A stretch of DNA of 64,000 nucleotides, taken from assembly GCA_951406725.2 (NCBI GenBank), contig OX597821.1, positions 88,288,001 to 88,352,000 of the forward strand. The letters run 5' to 3'. Within the stretch, counting starts at the first letter, position 1; each line of letters opens with the position of its first letter. A program made the translations under genes and the position numbers. This document shows positions 13,781-26,698 of this stretch, in pieces. This stretch comes from Octopus vulgaris. Its lineage: Eukaryota. The notes below the pieces were generated by a model. That model was not told the origin of the DNA. It did not search any database and worked only from the letters and a program-made list of their open reading frames with translations.

Positions 13781-14178
13781 GCAGGAGTGGCTGTGTGGTA
13801 AGTAGCTTGCTAACCAACCACATGGTTCCGGGTTCAGTCCCACTGCGTGGCATCTTGGGCAAGTGTCTTCTGCTATAGCCCCGGGCCGACCAATGCCTTG
13901 TGAGTGGATTTGGCAGACGGAAACTGAAAGAAGCCTGTCGTATATATGTATATATATATATGTATGTGTGTGTTTGTGTGTCTGTGTTTGTCCCCCTAGC
14001 ATTGCTTGACAACCGATGCTGGTGTGTTTACGTCCCCGTCAACTAGCGGTTCGGCAAAGAGACCGATAGAATAAGTACTGGGCTTACAAAGAATAAGTCC
14101 CGGGGTCGATTTGCTCGACTAAAGGCGGTACTCCAGTCAAATGACTGAAACAAGTAAAAGAGAGTAAAAGAGAGAGTG
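13781..14178 (+). mobile_element. tRNA-derived SINE (family 3) with internal (TA/TG)n and GTAAAAGA tail
   Basis: GCAGGAGTGGCTGTGTGGTAAG..GGTTCAGTCCC head; many homologues in the window. Confidence 0.93.
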
Positions 14179-14880
14179 TAATTTGAGGCAATTTCACAAC
14201 TACCTCTAGCAGCTCGGGTTGCTGTACTTGATAATGATAGGGAATTGTGTGGAAAGTATTAGTATTGACGAAACTGAGATTGGCGGATTAAATGCACTGT
14301 TATTAAAAGCAGAGATTATTATTAGTGGTGCAGTTGATAATGATAATGTTGATCATTTTGTGCATTATTTTATCCGACCGGTTTCGAAGGAAAATGTACG
14401 ACACTAAATCCCCATTATCCTCTATGTCTGTAGACTATGTGACAGATCACCTACAAGTCGTTGAATACATCGCAAGCCGTGGAATAAACGTTATATCATA
14501 AACTTCGTTCTTCATTTATTATTTATACTCTATGACTGTAATAAAGCTTACAGAATTCCTGTTTGTTCAAAACACGAGTTTCCAAGGGAAACTAACCTTG
14601 TATCACAGATTGATAAGTGCTTCATATACATGTATATATACAGTGTTTCACTAATCACTATGCTGGAAGCTATCTGGATAATGATAGTCTACGTGGAGCC
14701 TACTCTTACAGTAGTAGGCTTTCATTAAACTGTGCACACAGAATAATATATATGCGTGTGTGTTTGTTTATAGACATATATTATATGTGTGTGTGTGTGT
14801 GTGTGTGTGTAAGTATGAATGTAAATATATATATATATATAAGTATGAATGTCTATATGTATGCATATATATGCGTATAT

Positions 14881-15294
14881 ACTCTTTTACTCTTTTACTC
14901 TTATACTTGTTTCAGTCATTTGACTGCGGCCATGCTGGAGCACCGCCTTTAGTCGAGCAACTCGACCCCGGGACTTATTCTTTTGTAAGCCCAGTACTTA
15001 TTATATCGGTCTCTTTTTGCCGAACCGCTATGTGAAGGGGACGTAAACACACCAGCATCGGTTGTCAATGCTAGGAAGACAAACAGACACACAAACACAC
15101 ACGCATACATATATATATATATATAAACATATATACGACAGGCTTCTTTCAGTTTCCGTCTACCAAATACACTCACAAGTGGTCGACCCGAGGCTATAGT
15201 AGAAGACACTTGCCCAAGGTGCCACGCAGTGGGACTGAACCCGGAACAATGTGGTTGGTAAACAAGCTACTTACCACACAGCCACTCCTGCGCC
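14881..15294 (-). mobile_element. SINE family 3
   Basis: Reverse complement of the 13781-14178 family. Confidence 0.93.
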
Positions 15295-15559
15295 TATATA
15301 TATATATAATAAATGAAAATTACACTAAATACTTCAAACTGTAGACACAGAAGGAACATAATCCTTCATCAGTTTCGACCAAAAATATTAATACTCAGTT
15401 TCGTGCCTTTAACGATAAGAGTGAGAACTTCGTATATCGCCGGTACTCACAAGATCTGCGTAGAATTAGGGCTCGAGCAAACAAGACAAGACAAGGTGGA
15501 CCTACCAAAGTAAACAAAAGTAATTTGAAACGATAGACGAATAAATAAATAAATAAATA

Positions 15560-15963
15560 GGCGCAGGAGTGGCTGTGTAGTAAGTAGCTTGCTTACCAAC
15601 CACATGGTTCCGGGTTCAGTCCCACTGCGTGGCATCTTGGGCAAGTGTCTTCTGCTATAGCCCCGGGCCGACCAATGCCTTGTGAGTGGATTTGGTAGAC
15701 GGAAACTGAAAGAAGCCTGTCGTATATATGTATATATATATATGTGTGTGTGTGTGTTTGTGTGTCTGTGTTTGTCCTCCTAGCATTGCTTGACAACCGA
15801 TGCTGGTGTGTTTACGTCCCCGTCACCTAGCGGTTCGGCAAAAGAGACCGATAGAATAAGTACTGTGCTTACAAAGAATAAGTCCCAGGGTCGATTTGCT
15901 CGATTAAAAGGCGGTGCTCCAGTACGGTCGCAGTCAAATTACTGAAACAAGTAAAAGAGTAAA
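15560..15963 (+). mobile_element. SINE family 3
   Basis: Full-length homologue. Confidence 0.93.
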
Positions 15964-16639
15964 ATAAATAAATAAATATATAAAGCCTTTCAGCCAAACA
16001 GGAGGATGATGGGTAATGCCTAGAAGAAATCCTCAATGGATATTAAAAGCGAAATAGTAAGCGGGGAGAAAATGTTGACCGGTAGGCTAACTGTCCGGTG
16101 GCGAAAAGGCGAAGTTCTTAGTCTTATCGTTAAAGGCACGATACTATGTTTTAGCATTTTTGGTCGATTGTTGATGAAGAATTAGGGTCCTTTTGTGTGT
16201 GTCCTGCGTCTACGTTTTGTAGTATTTAATGCAATTTTCATTTATTGAGTAACTGAACGCCACGCATCCTCACTGTTGTTAAAAGTAAGTTTTTTTGATT
16301 GATTCTAGTTTCAGCTCATGAGCTGTGGCCATGCTGGGGCACCGCCATTTATATAATTTTTTTGTGATTCTGTCTTCTTTCTTTCTTTCTTTCTGTCTCG
16401 CCCTGATATTCCTTCTCTAGCATCCCAACTTCCTTTCTCTCTCTCTCTCATCTTCTCACACTTAATTGTTGACTTTCACCTTTCCTTTTCCTGTTCTCTC
16501 TCTCTCTTTCTCATTCTGCTGCTCTCTCTTTCCTTCTCTCTCATCGTCATTTCTTCCTATCTACTGCCCACACGTGACCTGTGATTAATTTTTCCCATCT
16601 CTGCCTTTTCGCCACCGGATACTTAGCCTGCCGATCAGC

Positions 16640-17184
16640 GGAGAACGTGGCAACAGTGAAAGAAACGTTTAATCGCAGAACGCAAAAACCAAAACGCCAA
16701 GCAGCTCATGAAAGTGAACTAACTTGACACACAACACGTATTGTGTTGCATAAAGAATTGAATTTTCGTCCATCGAAACCCCATTACGTGCAGAAGCTAA
16801 AACCTGAAGACTGTGGACGCAAACGTTCAGATCTTCAGAACTCCAAAAAGTCTCACTCCATCTGATTTTTACCTGAGGGATTACACACACACTCACAAAA
16901 GAGGAATTGTGCAAGACAAAACCTCGCACACTAGAGCATCTGGAGCCAAAGATTCCGGAGGTTCTCAATGATATCCCAGATAAAGTACTTCAGAAGGTTG
17001 TTCATTCAACCCCTGGCCGTTTTAGGAAACTGGTTGATGCCACCAGTGCTTACGTTGAAATATAAGGATTTACTTTTATTTTTCCATGTAATAAAAACAT
17101 GTATCATTCGTTTCAATAAATTTGTAAAAGGAATACGGATTCTATTACCAATTTTTAATACCTACTAACGTTTCACTTACCCTG
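16640..17184 (+). mobile_element. Decayed, internally deleted Tc1/mariner-superfamily transposon
   Basis: Frames TTRIVLHKELNFRPSKPHYVQKLKPEDC and LTPSDFYL..KEELCKTKPRTLEHLE..RKLVDATSAYVEI* (SPDLTPxDF-type C-terminus); ends CCCTG+TA. Confidence 0.75.
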
Positions 17185-17204
17185 TATATCTATATATGAA
17201 TATT

Positions 17205-17285
<81 letters not shown>

Positions 17286-17425
17286 TGCATCGGACCTACT
17301 AGTCGATAACTTTAGTGTTTGTTTTCCGTTCGTCTGTGCATTTAATATGTTCTTTAATTTGCCATTCCGTATCTGTTTTACGTTTGTGCATTTACTATAT
17401 AGTTTTCAACGCATGACTCATATAT

Positions 17426-17484
<59 letters not shown>

Positions 17485-17561
17485 TGCAGCGTGGAAGGTG
17501 TTTATAAGCCATTTAAGGAACACACAAAAGCCGTTCGATTCACTTCAACATTTAAGTTTAA

Positions 17562-17611
17562 TTTGTCAAAATATTTTCGTCGCTAAAATCCGCGACCTGT
17601 TCACTGACAAA
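17562..17611 (-). ncRNA. Second copy of the G3:C8 hammerhead fold (left arm of the palindrome)
   Basis: Exact reverse complement of 17632-17681. Confidence 0.7.
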
Positions 17612-17631
17612 GTTCGTGATGCAGCACGGAC

Positions 17632-17681
17632 TTTGTCAGTGAACAGGTCGCGGATTTTAGCGACGAAAATATTTTGACAAA
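17632..17681 (+). ncRNA. Minimal type-I hammerhead fold, G3:C8 core variant
   Basis: Stem I TTTGTCA/TGACAAA; core GUGAACA+G; stem II GTCGC/GCGAC; GAAA; palindromic stem III AATATT; predicted cleavage after 17674. Confidence 0.7.
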
Positions 17682-17817
17682 TTAAACTTAAATGTTGAAG
17701 TGAATCGAACGGCTTTTGTGTGTTCCTTAAATGGCTTATAAACACCTTCCACGCTGCAATTGTTTTCGTTTCAGCACACGATCTCAGATCAAATTACTTG
17801 CTATGCGAGTACAATTC

Positions 17818-17903
<86 letters not shown>

Positions 17904-17920
17904 GTATATATATGTATATA

Positions 17921-18125
17921 CCTCGTGAGTACCGCTGGCGAATTTTTTCCTCTGTCTTCCCTTCTCGGGATATTTCCATCTCCTATGTTTCCGACGAAGA
18001 GCTCCGCTCGAAACGTTAAACCCTCTTTCTTCCCTTCTTTTCTGAGCGTCCAATAATACTATATTTGTTCCACGTCCTCGCGTTGTTGTGTTTTTTTGTT
18101 TTTATGTGTTTTCTTGTTTGGATTA

Positions 18126-18130
<5 letters not shown>
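17921..18130 (+). mobile_element. Short PLE-type terminal element (family A) with hammerhead-like motif at 17987-18021
   Basis: GTTT-CCGACGA-A-GAGC-tcc-GCTC-GAAAC-GTT-AAAC; (TA)n on both sides. Confidence 0.65.
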
Positions 18131-18200
<70 letters not shown>

Positions 18201-18258
18201 CATACACACACACACACACATCATGCATACAAACATATACACATGCTTATCTGTATCA

Positions 18259-18292
<34 letters not shown>

Positions 18293-18608
18293 TCATATGA
18301 GTATGTAGGCAAGTTATGTATGTATAGGTATAAAGGGAGATAACAGACTGGTAGAGGGAAAACAGACAGACAGAGAGTGGGAGGATATGAACTTATATTT
18401 GAAGTGAAATTATTAAGTAATTTGATTCTGGTGGAGGGAGGAAACATGTTGAGAGAGGAGGTACGGTGATGGGTTCCGTTACGGTAGGTGCGGTATAAGA
18501 AGTGATAAGACAGCAGTCATTGTAGTATTACGAAGGGAGGGGAAGGCTAAGGAGGAAGAACCGAGTGTTGTGGAGGAGTGGGCGGAGCAGAGAAATAAGT
18601 AAGGCTTT

Positions 18609-18890
18609 GATGATAGTGATGACGACGACGACGACGACGACGATGATGCTGATGATGATAACACTTATGTTATCGTTGATGATGATGAAGATGATGATGA
18701 TGATGATGATGACGATGATGATGATGATGATAATGATGCGGACGATTATGATAACCCTCATGGTACTAATGCTGATGACGACGATGATGATGATAGCTCT
18801 TATGTCGATGATGATGGCTTCAATGATGATGCTGATGATTATGATGACGATAACGACGATGATGACGATAACACTGATGTTGTTGAAGAC

Positions 18891-18984
<94 letters not shown>

Positions 18985-19092
18985 GTGATGGTGACGGTGA
19001 TGATGATGGTGATGGTGATGATGATGATGATGATGATGATGATGACGATGACGATAACACTGATGTTGTTGAAGACGACGACGATGATGATA

Positions 19093-19125
<33 letters not shown>

Positions 19126-19330
19126 GTGATGGTGATGATGATGATGATGATGATGTTGTTGAAGATGATGGTGATGATGATGATGATGATGATGATGATA
19201 ATGATGATGATGATGATGATGATGATGACGACGATGATGAAGATGACGATGATGACGACGATGATGATAATCACAACGCTTTTGTTGTTGATGATGACGA
19301 CGATGACGAGAATTGAATGTTGCTGACGAT
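18609..19330. repeat. (GAT/GAC)n microsatellite with internal repeated subunits
   Basis: Seen directly; GATAACACTGATGTTGTTGAAGACGA recurs. Confidence 0.95.
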
Positions 19331-19844
19331 GAATACAAATTGGCAATTACGAAGGAGTCCTCCGGTAAGCTGCATTGCAAAGGAGAAAGACGGTGAGGAT
19401 GAATAGTCAGAGCGGCGTTTTGTAGGCACCGATCTCATTCATCTGTCTAACAGTTTATTCCACCTCTGAGTGTTGTGGTCGTGCATAATTCCCCAAAATT
19501 TCATAGTATTCATCTTGGTATAACCAAATAAATTTTTGATTGGCGGAGCACCTGGTTGATGTTATATTCTGTTTTATTCCACCCGATGGGCTTTTGCATT
19601 CCTGCAATGAACAAGCAAAGCATATTATAGGATATTATGGCATATAGGATGTATCGTATATCAGATATCATATCAATTTCCATTTATTATTACTATTTTA
19701 TTTCCATCGTACAGTAATGACATCATACTGACACACACACACACACACACACACAGAGTCATATAGGTGGGTGTGTACGTGTATAAATGCATATATGTGT
19801 GTGCGTGTGTATGTGTGTGTTCGTATATAAAACATGTGTGTTCG

Positions 19845-19889
<45 letters not shown>

Positions 19890-19955
19890 ATAAATATATA
19901 TCAATAGATGAAACAAGAATGCATACATGAGTATACGCATCTATCTATCTGCGCG

Positions 19956-20010
<55 letters not shown>

Positions 20011-20052
20011 GTCTGTCTGTCTGTCTGTCTTTCTTTCTGTCTGTCTGTCTGC

Positions 20053-20119
<67 letters not shown>

Positions 20120-20245
20120 ACTGGCTGTCTGTCTATCTGTGTTCATCTCTATAACTACCTTTCTATTTATCTGATCCCCAACTCTCTCTCTTTCTCTCTC
20201 TCTCTCTTTCTCTCTATATCTGTCTATTTTCTATCTTCGCCTCTC

Positions 20246-20281
<36 letters not shown>

Positions 20282-20617
20282 TCTCTCTCTCTCTGCCCGT
20301 TTGTCTGTCTTTATACTAAATTGATAGAGAAACAGATAAGAGGCAGAAATAGCTAATTTATATAATTACATTTGTACTGGAAACTAGCGTTATAATGTTC
20401 CCGAATTTCTTTCTAAGGAGTTTCGAAATCCCTAACCATTTCTTCATTGCATCCATGCTGTTCCCTAAAGGTTTTCTGCTAGATGATTCTTTAATAGTTC
20501 TATGCCAGATTACATGTGTCCCCGCACGCACACATACTTTGAACGCAAATACATTAATCGAATCACGCGCTGAAACATACGCCCCCATAAACATACACAC
20601 TCATAAATACACATATG

Positions 20618-20653
<36 letters not shown>

Positions 20654-20790
20654 GTATGTATATACATATATATATACATATATATGTATACATATACATA
20701 AGGATATGTATATAAATATATACCTACAGTTTATATAAATCTTATGCATGTATGTATATATATATATATATATATATACATATACACACT

Positions 20791-20823
<33 letters not shown>

Positions 20824-20978
20824 AAATTATTAGGGTGGCTAGTCGCAATTTAAATATATAAAGGCACAGGTTCAATCGTCACTAAAGCGACTAAGGGTAC
20901 AGGTCAACACCCAGCATTGCTAGAAATAAGAGTCAAAACCACACTTAGCCACAGGCAAAACTCTTATCTATTGACTGT

Positions 20979-21049
<71 letters not shown>

Positions 21050-21086
21050 ATGGCTAAACTGGCAAAATTACCATTCGAAATATATG

Positions 21087-21117
<31 letters not shown>

Positions 21118-21118
21118 G

Positions 21119-21232
21119 TCGGCCCGAGGCTATAGTAGCAGACACTTGCCCAAAATGCCACGCAGTTGGGACTGAGCCCGGAGCCCTGTTGTTTGTAAGC
21201 AAGCTACTTACTACAGAGTCGCTCCTTCGCTT
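21119..21232 (-). mobile_element. SINE family 3, 5' fragment
   Basis: Homology to the family head. Confidence 0.75.
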
Positions 21233-21735
21233 GCATATATAAATATATTTTGTATTACATATTTTATGAATTTAGTCAGTGTCTAACATGACTTCTATAT
21301 CTTGATGCCTCATCCCACGCTAGCATGCAATGAAATTCCGTTGTAAATCACTTTTCCCAAAACTTGAATACTCGTGTTAGGTCACTGTATAAATTGCATT
21401 TTTGTGGTTAACCCAACATATGCTTATGAAGAAAATTTGCGGACGTTGACGATCTTTATTCCTAAAGTCACCATAAATATAACCGTGAGAATATATATAG
21501 ACTGCTGCTGATTGCAAGACAGCGAGCACTGAAACCAAACCTAGCAGTGGTTTTTACCACTTTCCAGGATTTACTTATATATTCAGACTAATAGAACCAC
21601 TTATATATCTAGACTAATAGATAAATATAATTTGAATAAACATAGAATTCAGTGACTTAATATCTGAAGGCGTGATCATTCCATAGGTGTGCCTTCCATA
21701 AAATTCATTGTGATCTTATAGACAAATGGAAATTA

Positions 21736-22286
21736 TTGGGCTGTCCGGAAAGTTCGTGCCGATTTATAGTAGCTTTTTTTAGAACATGGAATCCATAAAA
21801 TAGGATTTGACTACACCTCCATTTAGAGCACAGTTTAAGCTATCTTTTCGTGGAAGAAGGTTTATGTTCCTATAACCTGTGTTAATTCTGTAACCCTTTA
21901 AAATGGAAGATAAGAAAGTTCATTTTCTGCACTTGATGCTTTGGGAACCAGACAAAAATTGCTGCAGCTCGGCTGGGATGTGCTACTCCAACCTCCATAT
22001 TCACCAGATATTGCTCCTTCTGATTTCTACTTTTTCAGGTCTCTGCAGAATAGTCTTAATGGTAAAAATTTCAATTATTTGGATGACGTAAAAAGATACC
22101 TAGATGAATTTTTTGCCATGAAACCACCTCAATTCTGTGAACGGGATATTTTCAAGTTAAAGGAAAGATGGAGACGCATTGTGCAACAAAAAGGTTCGTA
22201 TTTGGCTGATTAAAAATGTAATGGCAAGTATTTATTGACTTTTTTCTTTCCTTTAAAAATCGGCACGAACTTTCCGGACTACCCAA
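21736..22286 (+). mobile_element. Non-autonomous mariner (internal-deletion derivative, about 550 bp)
   Basis: TIRs TTGGGCTGTCCGGAAAGTTCGTGCCGATTT and AAATCGGCACGAACTTTCCGGACTACCCAA with TA on both sides; N-terminus MEDKKVHF joined to GWDVLLQPPYSPDIAPSDFYFFRSLQN..ERWRRIVQQKGSY. Confidence 0.95.
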
Positions 22287-22704
22287 TATATAATCAGACT
22301 TGCAGCCATGCCACTCATTCCGCAATTGTCAATATGAAGAAAATACCCATTAGATTTCGTCCTATCATCATTCGGAAATTTCGAAGTGAAACGCTCCCTA
22401 AAATATATAATATTCACCACTTCGACATAAAAATCCGTACATCAGTCATATGATTAGTCGCTACTCTAAACATCAAGTCTGCACCATCAAAATGAAAACA
22501 ACGTCTCTAAGTTCTAGAATCTTCGATATTTTGTACCACATTTTTCATCGTCAAGAAAACTTAGTCGCTACCTAGAAAAATAACATACGACTAGATACAG
22601 CAGAGACCCAAGAAACACTTCCACAGGAACGGTCGGAACAGTAAAATGTATGTGAATGCTGTGCTGAAGAAGAAAAAAAAAATCGTGATTCTCAGCAGAC
22701 TTCC

Positions 22705-22845
22705 AGAGTGGCTGCGTGGTAAGAAAATTGCTAACCAACCACATGGTTCAGTGTCACTGCGTGGCACCTTGGGCAAGTGTCTTCTGCTATAGCTTCGCGC
22801 CGAATAAAACCTTGTGAGTTAATTTGGTAGCTGTAACTTGAAAGT
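22705..22845 (+). mobile_element. SINE family 3, 5' fragment
   Basis: Homology to the family head. Confidence 0.75.
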
Positions 22846-23908
22846 AATTGCTGTGCTCAGCGCGTGGTTACTTTAACCGCTTCTTTCTCCTCGAAAGCGG
22901 TTACCAATTTATAAGCTATACGACAAAATACAACTAACGTACCTTCTTCATTGAAAGTAACCACGCTTCAGATCAAGATAACCGCAAAATACACCTTAAA
23001 ATACAGTAGAATCTTTCAAATAGATTTATCAAATAGATCTATCAGTACTTGAAACAAGACATATGTCTTCAAATAGTTTCTCTTCTACAAGTTTCAGTTT
23101 GCATCTAGCGTTCTGTACAAGCAACATATATTCATACAAAATGCAAAAAAAAAAAAACAGAAAATGCAAAAGAGAAAAAAAACAGTCTACTGGCTGCCCA
23201 GGATTCCTGTCATGTATGAAATGCAAAGTCGTTACTCTTAAACTGGGTTTCCTAGAGCGCAGGGCACTCATTTTTCAGGCGGAATATTCTCATCACTGGA
23301 TATACAAAGACAATGATTTTTTCCAACACCCACTCATACGAGGCCGGAAGAGTGCATGACAACAATAGCTTTCAAAACGATATCATGTAACTTCTTCAGC
23401 TGTGATGATATTGTAAGTATCACAATAATAATAGGGCATTAATATCTGAAACGCCGTACGCGAGTTATGCATTAGAAATTTGCACGCGATTGCCAAGAAA
23501 AGTGTGCTATTTGCTTTTTGGTATACTTATACTTTCCACTGACAGCATGCAGATAAAAGCTCGAAGAAAGATCGTAATTTGTACCAGCAGTCGAATATGA
23601 AGCTTCTTCATTGTATGTATGCCATGCGAGCATACATGTACATATACATACATACATACATACATATATATACACATATATATATATATATGTATATATA
23701 TATACATACACACATATATATATGTATAGATACACACACACACATATGTATATATATATATATGTGTATATATGTATGTGTGTTTGTGAATGTATGTGTA
23801 TATATGCATGCATGTATGTCTCTATGCATGTGTTGCTATGTTGTCATGAGTTTGTTTTCATGTAAATATCCAGATATATATGAATATATATATATATGTA
23901 TATGTGTA

Positions 23909-23948
<40 letters not shown>

Positions 23949-24040
23949 GGTGAATATGTGTATGCATATATATATATATATATATATACGTGTGCATGTG
24001 ACTATATGTGTATGTATAAATATGTGTACATATATATATA

Positions 24041-24095
<55 letters not shown>

Positions 24096-24609
24096 GTGTG
24101 TGTATGTCTATATGTGTAAATATATTTGTGTGTGTGTGTGTGTGAGTGTGTGTCTATGTGTGTATATGTTATGCATATGTGTGTATGTGTGTATCGCAAC
24201 ACCACATTGCGTATGCGTATAATTGAGATAATTGGGACAGGAAGTGGAAAAGGAAAGAGTGAACAACTAAAGGAAGAATATAAAAGGAAATAGAGACTTT
24301 ATCAAAAGTGGATTCAGCCATATCATTTCTGGATAATGATCGTTAATCTTAAAGACCAGCGAGGCATCGTTTTGTGTTCGGTTTCCTAAGTATGTCTAAG
24401 AAAGATGAACAATATCGCGTTGCAAAATCGGATATCCACATTAAACCATGCCATGGATTTAATGGTCTAGTTACCTTTTGATACACACAAACGCGATTGC
24501 ACGCATCGCACATTGAAATATATATACACAAAGATACCTTCACACACATACAGATATATATGTTATATTTATACCTGAGTCCATGGTGTGTGTTTGTGCG
24601 CGCGTGTGC

Positions 24610-24677
<68 letters not shown>

Positions 24678-24835
24678 ATATATATATGTATATATGTATG
24701 TATGTATATATATATATATACATACTAATCAAAATGTTTGTATATTATTACTCCGATTAATACATAAACACGTGAGCAGAGCATTATTCATAGTTTTATA
24801 GGTTTACACGTAAACGCCTTCTATGAAGAACGTGG

Positions 24836-24931
<96 letters not shown>

Positions 24932-25200
24932 TATATGGATATATATATACTCCGCATTTCGAGCATTGAACGACAAAATGGGTCTTCGAAGACAGTTGCC
25001 ACAATAAGTACTAAAATAACATTTTGGATTTAGGGAGGGTCAAATCGGGAATAAAAACAGGACAGTGGAGACATACAAGGAAATCGAATGAAAACAAACA
25101 TGGAGAGTTGTTAGACCAGAATTTGGGTAAAATAGCGAACGCTGGAGAAATATTTTCTTTGAAAAGGGAAAAGATAGAAGAGAGAGATAGAATACGTCCA

Positions 25201-25239
<39 letters not shown>

Positions 25240-25240
<1 letters not shown>

Positions 25241-25956
25241 CGGCGATTAATATTCTCTTTTCGCTCCTTTGCATTAAATGGGCTCAACTCTCCTCCCCTC
25301 TTCATCTAACTCGTTTCCCTTCTCCTCTCTTCCTCTCACACCTACTTCCTCCCACCCACCACTCCTCTCTTGCGCCGACTCCTACACTCCTTCTCTCTTC
25401 TCTTCACTCCTACCGACCTTCTGCCTTCCGCGTCTCCCTTCATCTTCACCCCATCCTCGTAACCCCACCCTTACACAATCCAACCCCCTTTTTCTATCCA
25501 TCCCATCCCACCCCACTCCATCCCTAACTCCATCAACCTAACCCACACCCCACCCTTGCTTCCCTCACTCTCGCCTGCCCCACCTCCCATCATCATCACA
25601 CCACACCACACACCGCTACATCATACACCACCATACCACACAATGCATCAGATCACACCTCACGCACACACTAGCACTGACCACTTCCCAGCCCCCATCT
25701 TCACACTTACACACACGCACACCTTCGTTTTGGGATCACCACTACTTTATTATCTCCCTTTCTTCCTAGCTCCCCTGTGTGACTCCTCTGTCCGGCATTC
25801 GCCATGATAGATCGCTAGCCACTACACATTCTTTATTTTCTCTCCTTGTTTCTTTCTGTGGAAGAGCGTAGGCTGACTTCCCGAGCGTTAAACTAATACA
25901 TCTATTTGTTGTCAACCCCACCTGTCTTCATCTTAAGTTTTTGTGAATTATCCTCC
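25240..25956 (+). mobile_element. 5'-truncated Penelope-like element (family B): last codons of GIY-YIG, C-rich 3' region and terminus
   Basis: RLIFSFRSFALNGLNSPPLFI* and the terminus are homologous to 50856-51680 (-); hammerhead motif at 25851-25874 has lost its GAAAC; (TA)n on both sides. Confidence 0.85.
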
Positions 25957-26148
25957 ATATATATATATATATATATATATAATTAAGGAGAGGAGAAAAC
26001 AAATTCAAAGGCCGAGGTATATATTCATTCAATCCATATATATAAATATCATTCAAAGTTTAATTTTTTTTAAAGTATTTAAACTATAGGATTCTAATTT
26101 AGCTTTACTTCATATTATGAACTCTTCTAAAACTTTATGTTAATTATA

Positions 26149-26314
26149 GCGTGTGGCTGTGTGGTAAGTAGCTTGCTAACCAACCACATGGTTCCGGGTT
26201 CAGTCCCACTGCGTGGCATCTTGGGCACGTGTCTTCTGCTATAGCCCCGGGCTGACCAATGCCTTGTGAGTGGATTTGGTAGACGGAAACTGAAAGAAGC
26301 TTGTCGTATATATG

Positions 26315-26345
<31 letters not shown>

Positions 26346-26571
26346 TTGTGCGGGTGTGTTTGTCCCCCTAGCATTGCTTGACAACCGATGCTGGTGTGTT
26401 TATGTCCCCGTTACTTAGCGGTTCGGCAAAAGAGACCGATAGAATAAGTACTGGGCTTACAAAAGAATAAGTCCCGGGGTCGAGTTGCTCGATTAAAAAG
26501 GCGGTGCTCCAGCATGGCCGCAGTCAAATGACTGAAACAAGACTGAAACAAGTAAAAGAGTAAAAGAGTAA
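26149..26571 (+). mobile_element. SINE family 3
   Basis: Full-length homologue. Confidence 0.93.
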
Positions 26572-26698
26572 TATACCTTATATTATATATTGTGTTTAAT
26601 ATCATATGCCTGAAGAGAATGGTTCACTCAAAGATTCGATTTTTATTAAATTATTTAACCCACCATTTCTTTTAAAATGTTAACATTGGGATTCTATT

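Larger units (their letters stand above)
17481..17820. mobile_element. Palindromic PLE-type element: spacer-less 282-bp inverted repeat (17481-17762) plus 58-bp right extension, between (TA)n tracts
   Basis: 141-bp arms with only two mismatches seen (17614/17629 and 17619/17624). Confidence 0.9.

Noticed and set aside
17481-17762. Pre-miRNA
   Set aside because: The hairpin is too long and too perfect and is repeat-associated. I recognised no conserved bilaterian miRNA by eye anywhere in the window, although no search was run.
18528-19380. Met-rich ORF as a reflectin-like protein
   Set aside because: It is pure (GAT)n and lacks the reflectin M/FD(X)5MD(X)5MD motif and the Tyr/Arg/Trp content.
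21941-22213. Domesticated SETMAR-like gene
   Set aside because: Only a transposase C-terminal fragment inside a TIR/TA-bounded deletion derivative; there is no SET domain.
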